Part shown: one piece after another, positions 1 through 11,778 of the stretch
Numbering within the stretch: the first letter of the stretch is position 1
Layout: every line of letters starts with the position of its first letter
Assembly: GCF_006345805.1 (NCBI RefSeq)
Contig: NC_043001.1
Coordinates: 69,316,001 to 69,380,000 of the forward strand
DNA length: 64,000 bases
Source of the DNA: Octopus sinensis
Lineage: Eukaryota
Reading direction: 5' to 3'
Program-made: the position numbers and the translations under genes
The notes under the pieces: generated by a model
What the model was told of the DNA's origin: nothing
The model's database searches: none
The model's input: only the letters and a program-made list of their open reading frames with translations

Positions 1-411
1 CAGCTTTCGTCCCCTCCCCGCCTTTTCTTTCCAAGGGATCTTGTAACTCAATATTCTATTGTATGTTATTATTTTTAACTTCATCTATTTTGGGTCCCCT
101 TGTAAAAAATAATATATATTAATACATATATATATTTAGATTATATATATATATATATATATATATATACAAGATAAGAAAATGGAGAAATACATCAAAT
201 CAAATATCAATTACCAGATAATACTCAATCACATACTTTATTAAACCACCACATAAGAGACTGTAGGGTTAAACATAAAAAAGCAGAACAAATCAGTGTA
301 CATAAAAGGAATGTACATAAAAAAGTGTACGTAAAAGAGTGATGTTGTATAATAAGTAGAATATATATAAAGAGAATATACATATAAGTAAATATAAATA
401 TAAGTATAGAC

Positions 412-544
412 TACATCTTACAGCTGTTTTGGCCATGTAAATAAGTATGTCTCATTTTACCAATATTGGCCTTTTATGGTAGGTCAATATATAGATATAA
501 ATGAGACATTTACAAAAATATCATAGGGCCTCCTCGGAGATATA
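412..544 (-). ncRNA. Degenerate type I hammerhead-like motif with long stem II (probable PLE pLTR remnant)
   Basis: Minus strand reads TATATCT-CCGAGGA-GGCC..(~96 nt)..GGCC-AAAA-CAGCTG-TA-AGATGTA. Stem I (7 bp), stem II base and palindromic stem III are present; the core has U4C and G12A changes. Confidence 0.4.
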
Positions 545-698
545 CATATACATATGAGTGCATATACTCACACTCCTATAGATATACATAATAATGTAAA
601 TAAATAATATAAATTAGTCAACATATATACGTTCCATATTCAATGTTTAAGTTCTTCAACTTAATATTGTGATAATAAACATACACATATTAGTACCT

Positions 699-875
699 AG
701 ATGCAAATATACACAGTCAATAGTACATTATATTACTTCCTACTAATTTCCAAAGTGTCATTAAAGTTAGCATCATTATCGTTGTCAGATGCAAATATAC
801 ACAGTCAATAGTACATTATATTACTTCCTACTAATTTCCAAAGAGCCATTGAAGTTAGCATCATTATCATTGTCA
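699..875 (+). repeat. Tandem duplication, two copies of an 88-bp unit
   Basis: AGATGCAAATATACACAGTCAATAG starts at 699 and at 787; the copies differ by a few substitutions. Confidence 0.85.
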
Positions 876-1761
876 ATACAATTAATGTTATCATTATTAT
901 CATTCATAATATTATTAATAACGCTTACATTAGGATCCGAAGTGGCACATATGTATGTCCTGTTTCAAGTTAGTAATTTTCCTTATGACATAAATATACT
1001 ATTGGATTTGAATTTAAATTATCATTGTCATCATCATGGTTGGTCCGTATAGAGCCACCTGATCTCCACCACACCGCACAAGAAAAACATACACATCAAC
1101 ATCCAACCCTAAACCCACAAGTCCACATAAATACCCACACATACATGCACACACACACGAATACACCCCGACACATCTCTACACATTCACTAGATTGCAG
1201 AGTGCATGTCTGTCATCGCATGGTTTATAGACAAATCAGTACAGGCAGCAGTGTATATACACTAACACACACACTCACACGAACATCCGCATATACTCAT
1301 AAATGTTAATACACTCTTATATACTATATCAGGGAACATTCGCACACACATATATACATATTTCAATATATGTCTGCGCACTCATACGTACAAATAAAAC
1401 CTATACTTATATCCACCCATGAATAAATATTTGCATATACATATATACATATCAAAATACGCACCTGCGTACTCATATGTATAAGAAAAACATACATCCG
1501 TACATCCACCTACGAACATACCTGTACGCACAAAAACATACATACGTACACCTCCACATTTTCACACACCTCGACACCTCTACCCACATCCACTAAATCA
1601 AAATTAAAATATATGTCTGCCCATTCAAAGACGTATATATACATACACAAAAAGTAAACAGAAGTTACTATTAACTTAGATATAAGTTCATTAATTATAA
1701 ATTAAATTGATTATAAGTTAGTAAGTGCCAAATAAACAAAAATAAATAATTAAATAAATAA

Positions 1762-1803
<42 letters not shown>

Positions 1804-1918
1804 AGAGCAATAAAGATTCAAGTTAATTTAAAAAATTTACTTGAATATGGTACCTAACTTAGATGCACCAAAAAAAACTATACTGATTTAACAATACAGT
1901 AATGTGGGGTGATTATAA

Positions 1919-2678
1919 GCGAGAAAGAAGCAACAAGAATGGATAGGTTTTTAGTACGATCGTTTCATACAAGGACAGGTTTTATTAAAAGTTGCAAAGA
2001 TTACAGCATATAAACGAGTCCCGTACTCATCAGCTAAAATACATGTAAGTTCTCTAGACATCCTAGTGTTTGAGGCTATACTCATGAAGTAATGTAGATA
2101 ATTAAACAGATTTCTAAAGTTCATTAAAGTTCTTTAAAGATGATGTACAGTCTTATCACAGAATTTTAAAAAAGTTTTGATAGCATCACAGAGAAGGTGA
2201 CCTAATCCATATGAATTTCCATAGATATGATGAGGGATTATATACTCACAGAAGACAAATTTATCCATTGTTAATTACAACGAGGTGGGTCTCAATTCCT
2301 GCTTATTAGCATTACAGAGAGGGTGAATTAATCCTTTGTATATATGCACAGATTCCAATGGTGTAGATGTAAATTTCCAGAGAAATGGAGATGAATTTCA
2401 TATTTACAGGCGATAAATTTTACAATGGTTGAACACAATGAGGTAGGTATCAATCCTTGTTATATGATTAGGTGTTTGCCACATTAATCACATTACTGCT
2501 ATTCACAAGAGGCTGTAGCTATTTAACTCTTAAAGGCTGAAGGGCTTACTAGATCGGCCAAGAATAGAGAAGGGAATAGAAGAAAAGAGAGAAAATAATG
2601 GAGGAGGGAGCAAAAAGGGGGGGGAGAGGGGGACTAAAAGAGAAGAGAAAAGGAAACAGAGAATAAGAAGAAGAAAAA
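1919..2678. repeat. Left arm of ~760-bp inverted repeat (native 3' UTR/pLTR segment)
   Basis: Reverse complement of 5341-6102; the differences I saw lie in the G/C homopolymer tract. Confidence 0.95.
1949..2039 (-). ncRNA. Type I hammerhead ribozyme with extended stem II, sense to the PLE ORF
   Basis: Exact reverse complement of the motif at 5982-6072. Confidence 0.8.
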
Positions 2679-3485
2679 GAAAAAAGAGAAAAGAGAAAGA
2701 AATAGGGAAAGAAGGGAAAAAAAGAAAAAGAAAAAAAGAGAGGGTTCTAGCTATACAGAAGAGTTAGTAGACTGTAAGTCTGGTTTTAATCAACAGGCAT
2801 CTAGGAACTAGAGGAGAATATTATTCTTTGACCAGTAAACCGTTAATTTATTGCTGTTGAAATCAGCTATGAGTTTAAAGAGAATCTAAAGAGATAACAC
2901 AGTCAGGGGTTAAGGGGTCAGATGCTAAAATCACCAGAAAATACATTAGGAAAATCTAAGTATAATCTTATCAAAAAGTCATTAAAATTTACTTATTTAA
3001 TTTATTCATTTTATTGTCTTAAGGAGTTGTCGTTATTATTCATACATTGACTGACTACAGGTCAAATCTTATAAGATCATTTACAAGGTGTTAGGGGATT
3101 GTCTATCATAATGAAGATAATCATATTATCACCGAGGGAATAGCCTTATTTATTTAATTATGAAATAGAATTATGGGGCTACAGTAACTAATTATAATTT
3201 ATTAGAGTTATGCTATTTAAATTAGATTAAGTTAGGAATTAAAATTAAATATTACAATTAAGATTTAAAATTAAGAATTTAAAAATTGTGAGTTTGAAAT
3301 TAAATAAAGCCTCAATTAAGTAGCGAATAAGTACTATTCATTTCCCTGTTCTCAAAAAACTGATGCAGATATAAGGAAAAAGATAAAGATAACTGTAATG
3401 TGAGAACTCTTAGTTATCTACTTAAAGCAGTGCTATACTAGTAGAAATCAAGTTATATCTATCTATCTAGTTATGAATATTCCAA

Positions 3486-5297
3486 TCATTTAAAATATTT
3501 TAAAGTCTTCAATTTAGCGTGGACACAAACTTGACCTAGTTCGATATGGTTATTCAATAAGTTTCTATGTTTACTATGCTTTAGAATTTCGTACGTCTCC
3601 ATGGAGCATAGTTGACAACCAACCCTACTATTTTTATACGGAATTGCTCTCCTAACTATTTCCCAATTAAGGGTATAATTTTTATTATTATTTTTGAGTT
3701 CCCAGATTTTGTTTGAAAGTGTGGTGGTACCAGCTTTATGACGTAATTTAAAAGTCGAGATGTGATTTCTAACTCTAGCTAAAAAATTAATTGTACAGCC
3801 AATGTAAAAATATTTGTTATTCTCCGTGGATATGGTACATTTATAGATTACATTATTTTCCCTACATAGACCAGGTGCCGGGCATTTTGATTTTATTCTA
3901 CACTTACACACAGGAGGAACAACTTCAGGCCTTGGATTATTCCTGGGTAGATGTTTAAGGTTCCTATTATTTTGATTATCATTTCTATAGTTGGTGCTAA
4001 TATCTAAAGTATTGTTATTATTTATTGATCCTTCTGTTTCATCATTTAGGTGTAAAGTCCTACCAAGATTTCTTATATTATTCGTAATGTTATTATTATT
4101 GTTAGTCTTTTTATCCAACTGTATATTATTGTTATAGACATCACTGATATTTTCATTCTCCTTATTTTCTCCATTAGCCTTATTTCTATTATTTCTATTA
4201 TTAACAATATTACTTCTATTAATATCGGCATTATTATTATTACTATTAATGTTAATGTTATTAGTCATTCTGTGGTTACTAATTTCACCTATGTTTTGAT
4301 AGTTCCTATTGCTGTTTTTATTGTTGGTAGTATTATTGTTATTGCTATTGGTATTCATTCTGATATTATTATTTTTATTTCTATCTTTCCTGGCTAGTTT
4401 AATGTTGTTATTATTAATTTTAGCTATTAAAGTGGACATATTTGGGAGGGTTGAATAAGAAATCCTAACTGTTTTCCTAGAAATAATTCTATGATATCTA
4501 TGAGAGATAGGGAAATTTTTTTCCAGAATCACTTTGAATTTGTTCTGTATATCCGATTGTATCGCACAGTTGAAAGGAATATTCAGCCATAATATATCTT
4601 TTTTATAAAATTTAGGGTTCGTAGAATTACTACTATTCATCTCACCGGAGTTATTGTATTTATTACCATTATTTTTATTTTTATTTGTGTGCATCTTAGG
4701 TTTATCTACTTCAATCTTATCCGAGTTACCTATGTTCTGGTCAATGCTTCTATTTGAATTGTTGGGCCTGTACTCTAGATTAGCGTTTACCGTTAATTTA
4801 ATTCTACTTTTATTTCGGGCTTGGTCTTTTTTGCTGCTTACGTGATTACTGATAACTTCATTATTAGGAATACGTGAGTTCTCCCTATCAACGAATGTAA
4901 TCTTTTGGTTGTATCCAGCCTTAGTTAACGCCGCATTATAATGCTCAGAATGGGAGTTAAATATATCCTTATTGGAAGATAATTTTGAAATTCTTAATGA
5001 AATATTTCTTACTAAAGATTCTATTATATTTGGGGGATGATTTGATAATTTATTTACGTAATTCGTGACTTCGCCTTCCTTTCTAAATGGGTAATGTAGC
5101 TTGGAGTTAAGGTCTAGGGTAATATCTAGGAAATTAGCTATTTTAGTGCCCGGTTCATACGTTATACTGAGGTTGAAATCCTTAAAGAACTTATTAATTT
5201 TCTTTCTAATCCTTTCTATAACAGATTTATTATTACTAGGGATAACAAACAGAGCATCATCCCTATATAGACCCCCCTGTATTTCTGGGATATCCAT
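3486..5297 (-). CDS. PLE polyprotein, N-terminally truncated: RT catalytic/thumb region plus C-terminal GIY-YIG endonuclease
   Basis: Motifs GGLYRDD, NFLDITLDL, SNHPP, KKDILWLNIPF..ISYSTLPNM, CKC-x5-C-x5-C, VIY..YIG, FLARVRNH, CQLCSME, CVH. The frame stays open upstream to 5339 (VTNLVGAYLLKCISM), where the inverted repeat cuts it. Confidence 0.9.
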   Translation of the reverse strand: MDIPEIQGGLYRDDALFVIPSNNKSVIERIRKKINKFFKDFNLSITYEPGTKIANFLDITLDLNSKLHYPFRKEGEVTNYVNKLSNHPPNIIESLVRNISLRISKLSSNKDIFNSHSEHYNAALTKAGYNQKITFVDRENSRIPNNEVISNHVSSKKDQARNKSRIKLTVNANLEYRPNNSNRSIDQNIGNSDKIEVDKPKMHTNKNKNNGNKYNNSGEMNSSNSTNPKFYKKDILWLNIPFNCAIQSDIQNKFKVILEKNFPISHRYHRIISRKTVRISYSTLPNMSTLIAKINNNNIKLARKDRNKNNNIRMNTNSNNNNTTNNKNSNRNYQNIGEISNHRMTNNININSNNNNADINRSNIVNNRNNRNKANGENKENENISDVYNNNIQLDKKTNNNNNITNNIRNLGRTLHLNDETEGSINNNNTLDISTNYRNDNQNNRNLKHLPRNNPRPEVVPPVCKCRIKSKCPAPGLCRENNVIYKCTISTENNKYFYIGCTINFLARVRNHISTFKLRHKAGTTTLSNKIWELKNNNKNYTLNWEIVRRAIPYKNSRVGCQLCSMETYEILKHSKHRNLLNNHIELGQVCVHAKLKTLKYFK

Positions 5298-5340
5298 GCT
5301 TATGCATTTTAATAGATATGCGCCTACTAGGTTGGTTACC

Positions 5341-6102
5341 TTTTTCTTCTTCTTATTCTCTGTTTCCTTTTCTCTTCTCTTTTAGTCCCCCTCCCCCCCC
5401 CCATTTTTTGCTCCCTCCTCCATTATTTTCTCTCTTTTCTTCTATTCCCTTCTCTATTCTTGGCCGATCTAGTAAGCCCTTCAGCCTTTAAGAGTTAAAT
5501 AGCTACAGCCTCTTGTGAATAGCAGTAATGTGATTAATGTGGCAAACACCTAATCATATAACAAGGATTGATACCTACCTCATTGTGTTCAACCATTGTA
5601 AAATTTATCGCCTGTAAATATGAAATTCATCTCCATTTCTCTGGAAATTTACATCTACACCATTGGAATCTGTGCATATATACAAAGGATTAATTCACCC
5701 TCTCTGTAATGCTAATAAGCAGGAATTGAGACCCACCTCGTTGTAATTAACAATGGATAAATTTGTCTTCTGTGAGTATATAATCCCTCATCATATCTAT
5801 GGAAATTCATATGGATTAGGTCACCTTCTCTGTGATGCTATCAAAACTTTTTTAAAATTCTGTGATAAGACTGTACATCATCTTTAAAGAACTTTAATGA
5901 ACTTTAGAAATCTGTTTAATTATCTACATTACTTCATGAGTATAGCCTCAAACACTAGGATGTCTAGAGAACTTACATGTATTTTAGCTGATGAGTACGG
6001 GACTCGTTTATATGCTGTAATCTTTGCAACTTTTAATAAAACCTGTCCTTGTATGAAACGATCGTACTAAAAACCTATCCATTCTTGTTGCTTCTTTCTC
6101 GC
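5341..6102. repeat. Right arm of ~760-bp inverted repeat (inverted pLTR copy)
   Basis: Ends in CTTCTTTCTCGC (6102), the reverse complement of GCGAGAAAGAAG (1919); begins TTTTTCTTCTTC at the RT truncation point. Confidence 0.95.
5982..6072 (+). ncRNA. Type I hammerhead ribozyme with extended stem II
   Basis: TTTTAG-CTGATGA-GTACGGGAC...GTCCTTGTAT-GAAAC-GATC-GTA-CTAAAA: 6-bp stem I, complete core, stem II pairs with one bulge, palindromic stem III loop. Predicted cleavage after 6066. Confidence 0.8.
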
Positions 6103-6103
<1 letters not shown>

Positions 6104-6146
<43 letters not shown>

Positions 6147-6406
6147 ATGTATAGATAAATAGATAAATAAAATGGAATACAGATTAAGAAGATCACAAAG
6201 ATAAACCTAATATAGTAAATATAAGTGGATACGCCGAAATGCACTCACATGCACACACAGGTGCATGCAGGCCCCCACACGGACACGCGAATTTATGGCT
6301 GGGCCCACACGCACACACGATCACTGAGATGTACACCAGTGTACGTGTGGGTATATATGTGTATGTATATGTATATATGTGTGTGTATATGTATGTGTGT
6401 GTATAT

Positions 6407-6440
<34 letters not shown>

Positions 6441-6633
6441 GTGTAAATGTATATGTATGTGTATATATGTATATATGTGTATGTGTGAATATGTGTATGT
6501 ATGCATATATGTATGTATGTATGTATGTATATATGTATGTATATATGTGTGTAAGTGTGTGTATATATGTATATGTAAGTGTGTGTGCGTGTATGAGTAT
6601 GTATGTATGTTTGCACACATGTATATGTGTGTG

Positions 6634-6710
<77 letters not shown>

Positions 6711-6872
6711 GTGTGTATGTATATGTATGTATATATATGTGTGTGTATGTGTATGTGTATATGTACATATACGTGTACGCTCGTGTGTTTATGTATATGT
6801 AGGTACGTAGAGTTATCTATGTGTGTATGTATATGTACATATGTGTAAGTATGTATATATATATGTGTATGT

Positions 6873-6966
<94 letters not shown>

Positions 6967-7332
6967 AAGTTTATATGTATGTATCCGTCTATATAATGGG
7001 TAACTGCACGTACATATACTTAATATTTATTATTTATTTTTTGAGTATGCATGTATGAATAACTGCGCGTATATATATTTTATTATTTACTTATTTTTTG
7101 AGTATGCATGTAAGTATGAATATAAGGAGGCGCGTGTGTGTGTGTGTATATGTAAGCATAGATATATGTATACTTTTACGCATGTGCGTACTTATGTGTA
7201 TATATGGATGCGCGTGTGTGTGTGTGTGTATGGGTACGCATGTACATGTGTATGTGCGCGTATGTGTATATGTGTATGTATGTATGTGTGTGCGTATATT
7301 TGTATATGCATGTATGTATATGTATGTATGTG

Positions 7333-7377
<45 letters not shown>

Positions 7378-7599
7378 ATGTATATGTGTATGTGTATGTA
7401 TTTGTATGTGTATGCATGCGCGTATATATATATGTATGTATATGTATACGTGTGGGTGTGTGTATGTGTATAAAATAAATGTATGTATGTATGGATGTAT
7501 GGATGTATGTATGTATGTGTATGTGTGTATATGTATGTATGTGTATGTGTGTATATATATATGTGTATATATATATATATATGTATATATATGTGTATA

Positions 7600-7670
<71 letters not shown>

Positions 7671-8072
7671 TTGTATGTAGGTGTATATGTATGTGTGTGT
7701 ATATATATTTATTGGTGTATATGTATAGACTAGCCTTCTAAGAGTGTAGACATGAATCTGTAGGTACGCGTACGTATGTGTATATACGTGAATGTATGTA
7801 GATGTATGTATGTATGAATATAACGCGTGCGTGCGTGTATGTGTATGAGTGTACGAATGAGTGAGTGTACGTGCTAATGAGTGTGCGTGCGTGAATGAGT
7901 GCTTGTTTTCAAGTAGACAGATAAATGGACTTGCTGTCATAGCCAAGATGCTTGGGACCAGCGGTCAAAGATAACAAAAGTAATAAATGAAGATAATAAA
8001 ATTAAAATTTGGGAATGGGTCTGTATTTGTATGTATATATATGTGTGTATGTGTAGGTATGTATAGGTACAC

Positions 8073-8128
<56 letters not shown>

Positions 8129-8470
8129 GTATGTATATGTATATATATGTGTGTATGTGTATATATGTGTATATAGGGACTAGTGTGCTGTGTGTGCATG
8201 TGTGTATGTGGATATGTGTGTGTATGCGTGTATGTGTATGTGTGTGTATGTATATATATTTTTCTGTGTGTATATGTATGTGTGGTCGTGTGTGTATATA
8301 TACATGTGTGTATACGTGTATGCATGTGAGTGAGTGTATGTATATGTATATGTGTATGTGTAGATATGTATATGTATGTGTATGTGTATATATATGTATG
8401 TGTGTGTGTGTATGTATGTGTGTATGTATATATGTATGTATGTGTGTGTATATATGTATACATATGTGTA
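6104..8470. repeat. Compound (TA)n/(TG)n/(TATG)n microsatellite field
   Basis: Visible dinucleotide and tetranucleotide repeats; source of the [12 protein letters not shown] pseudo-ORFs. Confidence 0.95.
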
Positions 8471-8751
8471 TGGGTATAAGTGAGTATCTCCTTATTTACC
8501 TAAAACTCTATTCTTTTTTATATATATTTTTTTAGTTTTTTATTTATTCTTTTATCTAATTTACCACTGACTCCTTGACCACTCCCCCAAGTATGATACT
8601 TTGCGCTATGCCTACCCCCAAAAAGTCCCCCATCACCACTCCTTTAAACCTGCCTAAATGTATAAATGCCAATACAATTCTTGTTAACTAGCTTCCTGAA
8701 GATTTCTCTTGAATGAAACAGTTCTAGTCCTGTAGAAGCTCCTTTTATATA

Positions 8752-8798
<47 letters not shown>

Positions 8799-9076
8799 CA
8801 ACAATTGAGGGTAAAATTAATTAATTAATCAATTTCACCAAGTATTCAGTATGCAAAGGGACCATTTAAGGCGAATTCAAATTACATTATATAAAAGGGC
8901 TTAGTAAAATAAATTACTTTGCCGCATACTGACCTCATTAGAAATAGCAGCTAAAAAAAACTTTTTTAAAACTATTTCTAATACTTAAAGAAAACCTCTC
9001 TCATATAGTGTTTGCTCAATTCAACTCACGCAAATATGGGGGTAGAGACATTAAAAAATCAAGTGCAAAGGTTATT

Positions 9077-9129
9077 TGAGAACGTACGTTTCAAGATTAG
9101 TCAAAGTCGACATTTCTATCATCAGCTCA
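9077..9129 (-). ncRNA. Minimal type I hammerhead motif (array unit 1)
   Basis: TGAG-CTGATGA-TAGAAATGTCGACTTTGACTAATCTT-GAAAC-GTAC-GTT-CTCA: complete core, 4-bp stem I, palindromic stem III loop, weak stem II. Confidence 0.7.
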
Positions 9130-9634
9130 GAACTCCCTGGTTTGGATTTGAAAACACTGAAAGTGGGAGCATACCCTTTCGGCTTCCTCTCGCTTCTGAA
9201 GATCTGCTCGTAACTAACAGTGCCAACAAACTCAAAAATGCAAGCGAAGAATTTCTGCTCTCCCCTTTCCACCAGCGTGGGTTAAAATCAGTAAACACTA
9301 TGCTTTTTTCGGTAAAATCCGCGGCATTATATATAGAGAGATGAATTATAATTTCAACAATTGAGGGTAAAATTAATTAATTAATCAATTTCACCAAGTA
9401 TTCAGTATGCAAAGGGACCATTTAAGGCGAATTCAAATTATTACATTATATGAAAGGGCTTAGTAAAATAAATTACTTTGCCGCATACTGAACTCATTAG
9501 AAATAGCAGCTAAAAAAAACTTTTTTAAAACTATTTTAATACTTAAAGAAAACCTCTCTCATATAGTGTTTGCTCAATTCAACTCACGCAAATATGGGGG
9601 TTGAGACATTAAAAAATCAAGTGCAAAGGTTATT

Positions 9635-9687
9635 TGAGAACGTACGTTTCAAGATTAGTCAAAGTCGACATTTCTATCATCAGCTCA
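9635..9687 (-). ncRNA. Hammerhead motif (array unit 2)
   Basis: Identical to 9077-9129. Confidence 0.7.
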
Positions 9688-10193
9688 GAACTCCCTGGTT
9701 TGGATTTGAAAACACTGAAAGTGGGAGCATACCCTTTCGGCTTCCTCTCGCTTCTGAAGATCTGCTCGTAACTAACAGTGCCAACAAACTCAAAAATGCA
9801 AGCGAAGAATTTCTGCTCTCCCCTTTCCACCAGCGTGGGTTAAAATCAGTAAACACTATGCTTTTTTCGGTAAAATCCGCGGCATTATATAGAGAGAGAT
9901 GAATTATAATTTCAACAATTGAGGGTAAAATTAATTAATTAATCAATTTCACCAAGTATTCAGTATGCAAAGGGACCATTTAAGGCGAATTCAAATTATT
10001 ACATTATATAAAAGGGCTTAGTAAAATAAATTACTTTGCCGCATACTGAACTCATTAGAAATAGCAGCTAAAAAAAACGTTTTTAAAACTATTTCTAATA
10101 CTTAAAGAAAACCTCTCTCATATAGTGTTTGCTCAATTCAACTCACGCAAATATGGGGGTAGAGACATTAAAAAATCAAGTGCAAAGGTTATT

Positions 10194-10246
10194 TGAGAAC
10201 GTACGTTTCAAGATTAGTCAAAGTCGACATTTCTATCATCAGCTCA
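10194..10246 (-). ncRNA. Hammerhead motif (array unit 3)
   Basis: Identical to 9077-9129. Confidence 0.7.
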
Positions 10247-10751
10247 GAACTCCCTGGTTTGGATTTGAAAACACTGAAAGTGGGAGCATACCCTTTCGGC
10301 TTCCTCTCGCTTCTGAAGATCTGCTCGTAACTAACAGTGCCAACAAACTCAAAAATGCAAGCGAAGAATTTCTGCTCTCCCCTTTCCACCAGCGTGGGTT
10401 AAAATCAGTAAACACTATGCTTTTTTCGGTAAAATCCGCGGCATTATATAGAGAGAGATGAATTATAATTTCAACAATTGAGGGTAAAATTAATTAATTA
10501 ATCAATTTCACCAAGTATTCAGTATGCAAAGGGACCATTTAAGGCGAATTCAAATTATTACATTATATAAAAGGGCTTAGTAAAATAAATTACTTTGCCG
10601 CATACTGAACTCATTGGAAATAGCAGCTAAAAAAACTTTTTTAAAACTATTTCTAATACTTAAAGAAAACCTCTCTCATATAGTGTTTGCTCAATTCAAC
10701 TCACGCAAATATGGGGGTAGAGACATTAAAAAATCAAGTGCAAAGGTTATT

Positions 10752-10804
10752 TGAGAACGTACGTTTCAAGATTAGTCAAAGTCGACATTTCTATCATCAG
10801 CTCA
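10752..10804 (-). ncRNA. Hammerhead motif (array unit 4)
   Basis: Identical to 9077-9129. Confidence 0.7.
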
Positions 10805-11725
10805 GAACTCCCTGGTTTGGATTTGAAAACACTGAAAGTGGGAGCATACCCTTTCGGCTTCCTCTCGCTTCTGAAGATCTGCTCGTAACTAACAGTGCCA
10901 ACAAACTCAAAAATGCAAGCGAAGAATTTCTGCTCTCCTCTTTCCACCAGCGTGGGTTAAAATCAGTAAACACTATGCTTTTTTCGGTAAAATCCGCGGC
11001 ATTATATAGAGAGAGATGAATTATAATTTCAACAATTGAGGGTAAAATTAATTAATTAATCAATTTCACCAAGTATTCAGTATGCAAAGGGACCATTTAA
11101 GGCGAATTCAAATTATTATATTATATAAAAGGGCTTTCAGTGTTTTCAAATCCAAACCAGGGAGTTCTGAGCTGTGATAGAAATGTCGACTTTGACTAAT
11201 CTTGAAACGTACGTTCTCAAATAACCTTTGCACTTGATTTTTTAATGTCTCTACCCCCATATTTGCGTGAGTTGAATTGAGCAAACACTATATGAGAGAG
11301 GGTTTCTTTAAGTATTAGAAATAGTTTTAAAAAAGTTTTTTTTAGCTGCTATTTCTAATGAGTTCAGTATGCGGCAAAGTAATTTATTTTACTAAGCCCT
11401 TTTATATAATGTAATAATTTGAATTCGCCTTAAATGGTCCCTTTGCATACTGAATAGTTGGTGAAATTGATTAATTAATTAATTTTACCCTCAATTGTTG
11501 AAATTATAATTCATCTCTCTCTATATAATGCCGTGGATTTTACCGAAAAAAGCATAGTGTTTACTGATTTTAACCCACGCTGGTGGAAAGGGGAGAGCAG
11601 AAATTCTTCCCTTGCATTTTTGAGTTTGTTGGCACTGTTAGTTACGAGCAGATCTTCAGAAGCGAGAGGAAGCCGAAAGGGTATGCTCCCACTTTCAGTG
11701 TTTTCAAATCCAAACCAGGGAGTTC

Positions 11726-11778
11726 TGAGCTGATGATAGAAATGTCGACTTTGACTAATCTTGAAACGTACGTTCTCA
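11726..11778 (+). ncRNA. Hammerhead motif (inverted arm)
   Basis: Same motif on the + strand. Confidence 0.7.

Larger units (their letters stand above)
1800..6102 (-). mobile_element. 5'-truncated Penelope-like retroelement (Naiad-like) with an inverted copy of its 3' region at the 5' end
   Basis: RT/GIY-YIG ORF at 3486-5339, ~1.7-kb 3' region containing an HHR, inverted repeat 1919-2678 vs 5341-6102, and (TA)n tracts on both flanks (~1768-1799 and ~6104-6144). The left boundary is inferred from the TA tract. Confidence 0.9.

Noticed and set aside
3471-3488. Selenocysteine read-through of the PLE TGA stop
   Set aside because: Read-through adds only LEYS before TAA, conserved Cys positions are already Cys codons, and I identified no SECIS.
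4654-5385. Plus-strand ORFs 4654-4845 and 5101-5385
   Set aside because: Antisense shadows of the PLE ORF.
6008-8535. Many ORFs of 100-250 aa ([12 protein letters not shown]); similar ones near 14169, 17739, 24408, 35414, 40257, 55691 and 56607
   Set aside because: They are translations of microsatellites that lack stop codons in some frames; no domain content.
9012-9344. 110-aa and 66-aa ORFs repeated in each 559-bp unit
   Set aside because: No recognisable motifs, the 110-aa ORF has a non-ATG start, and conservation simply reflects unit identity. Ribosome profiling would be needed to support translation.
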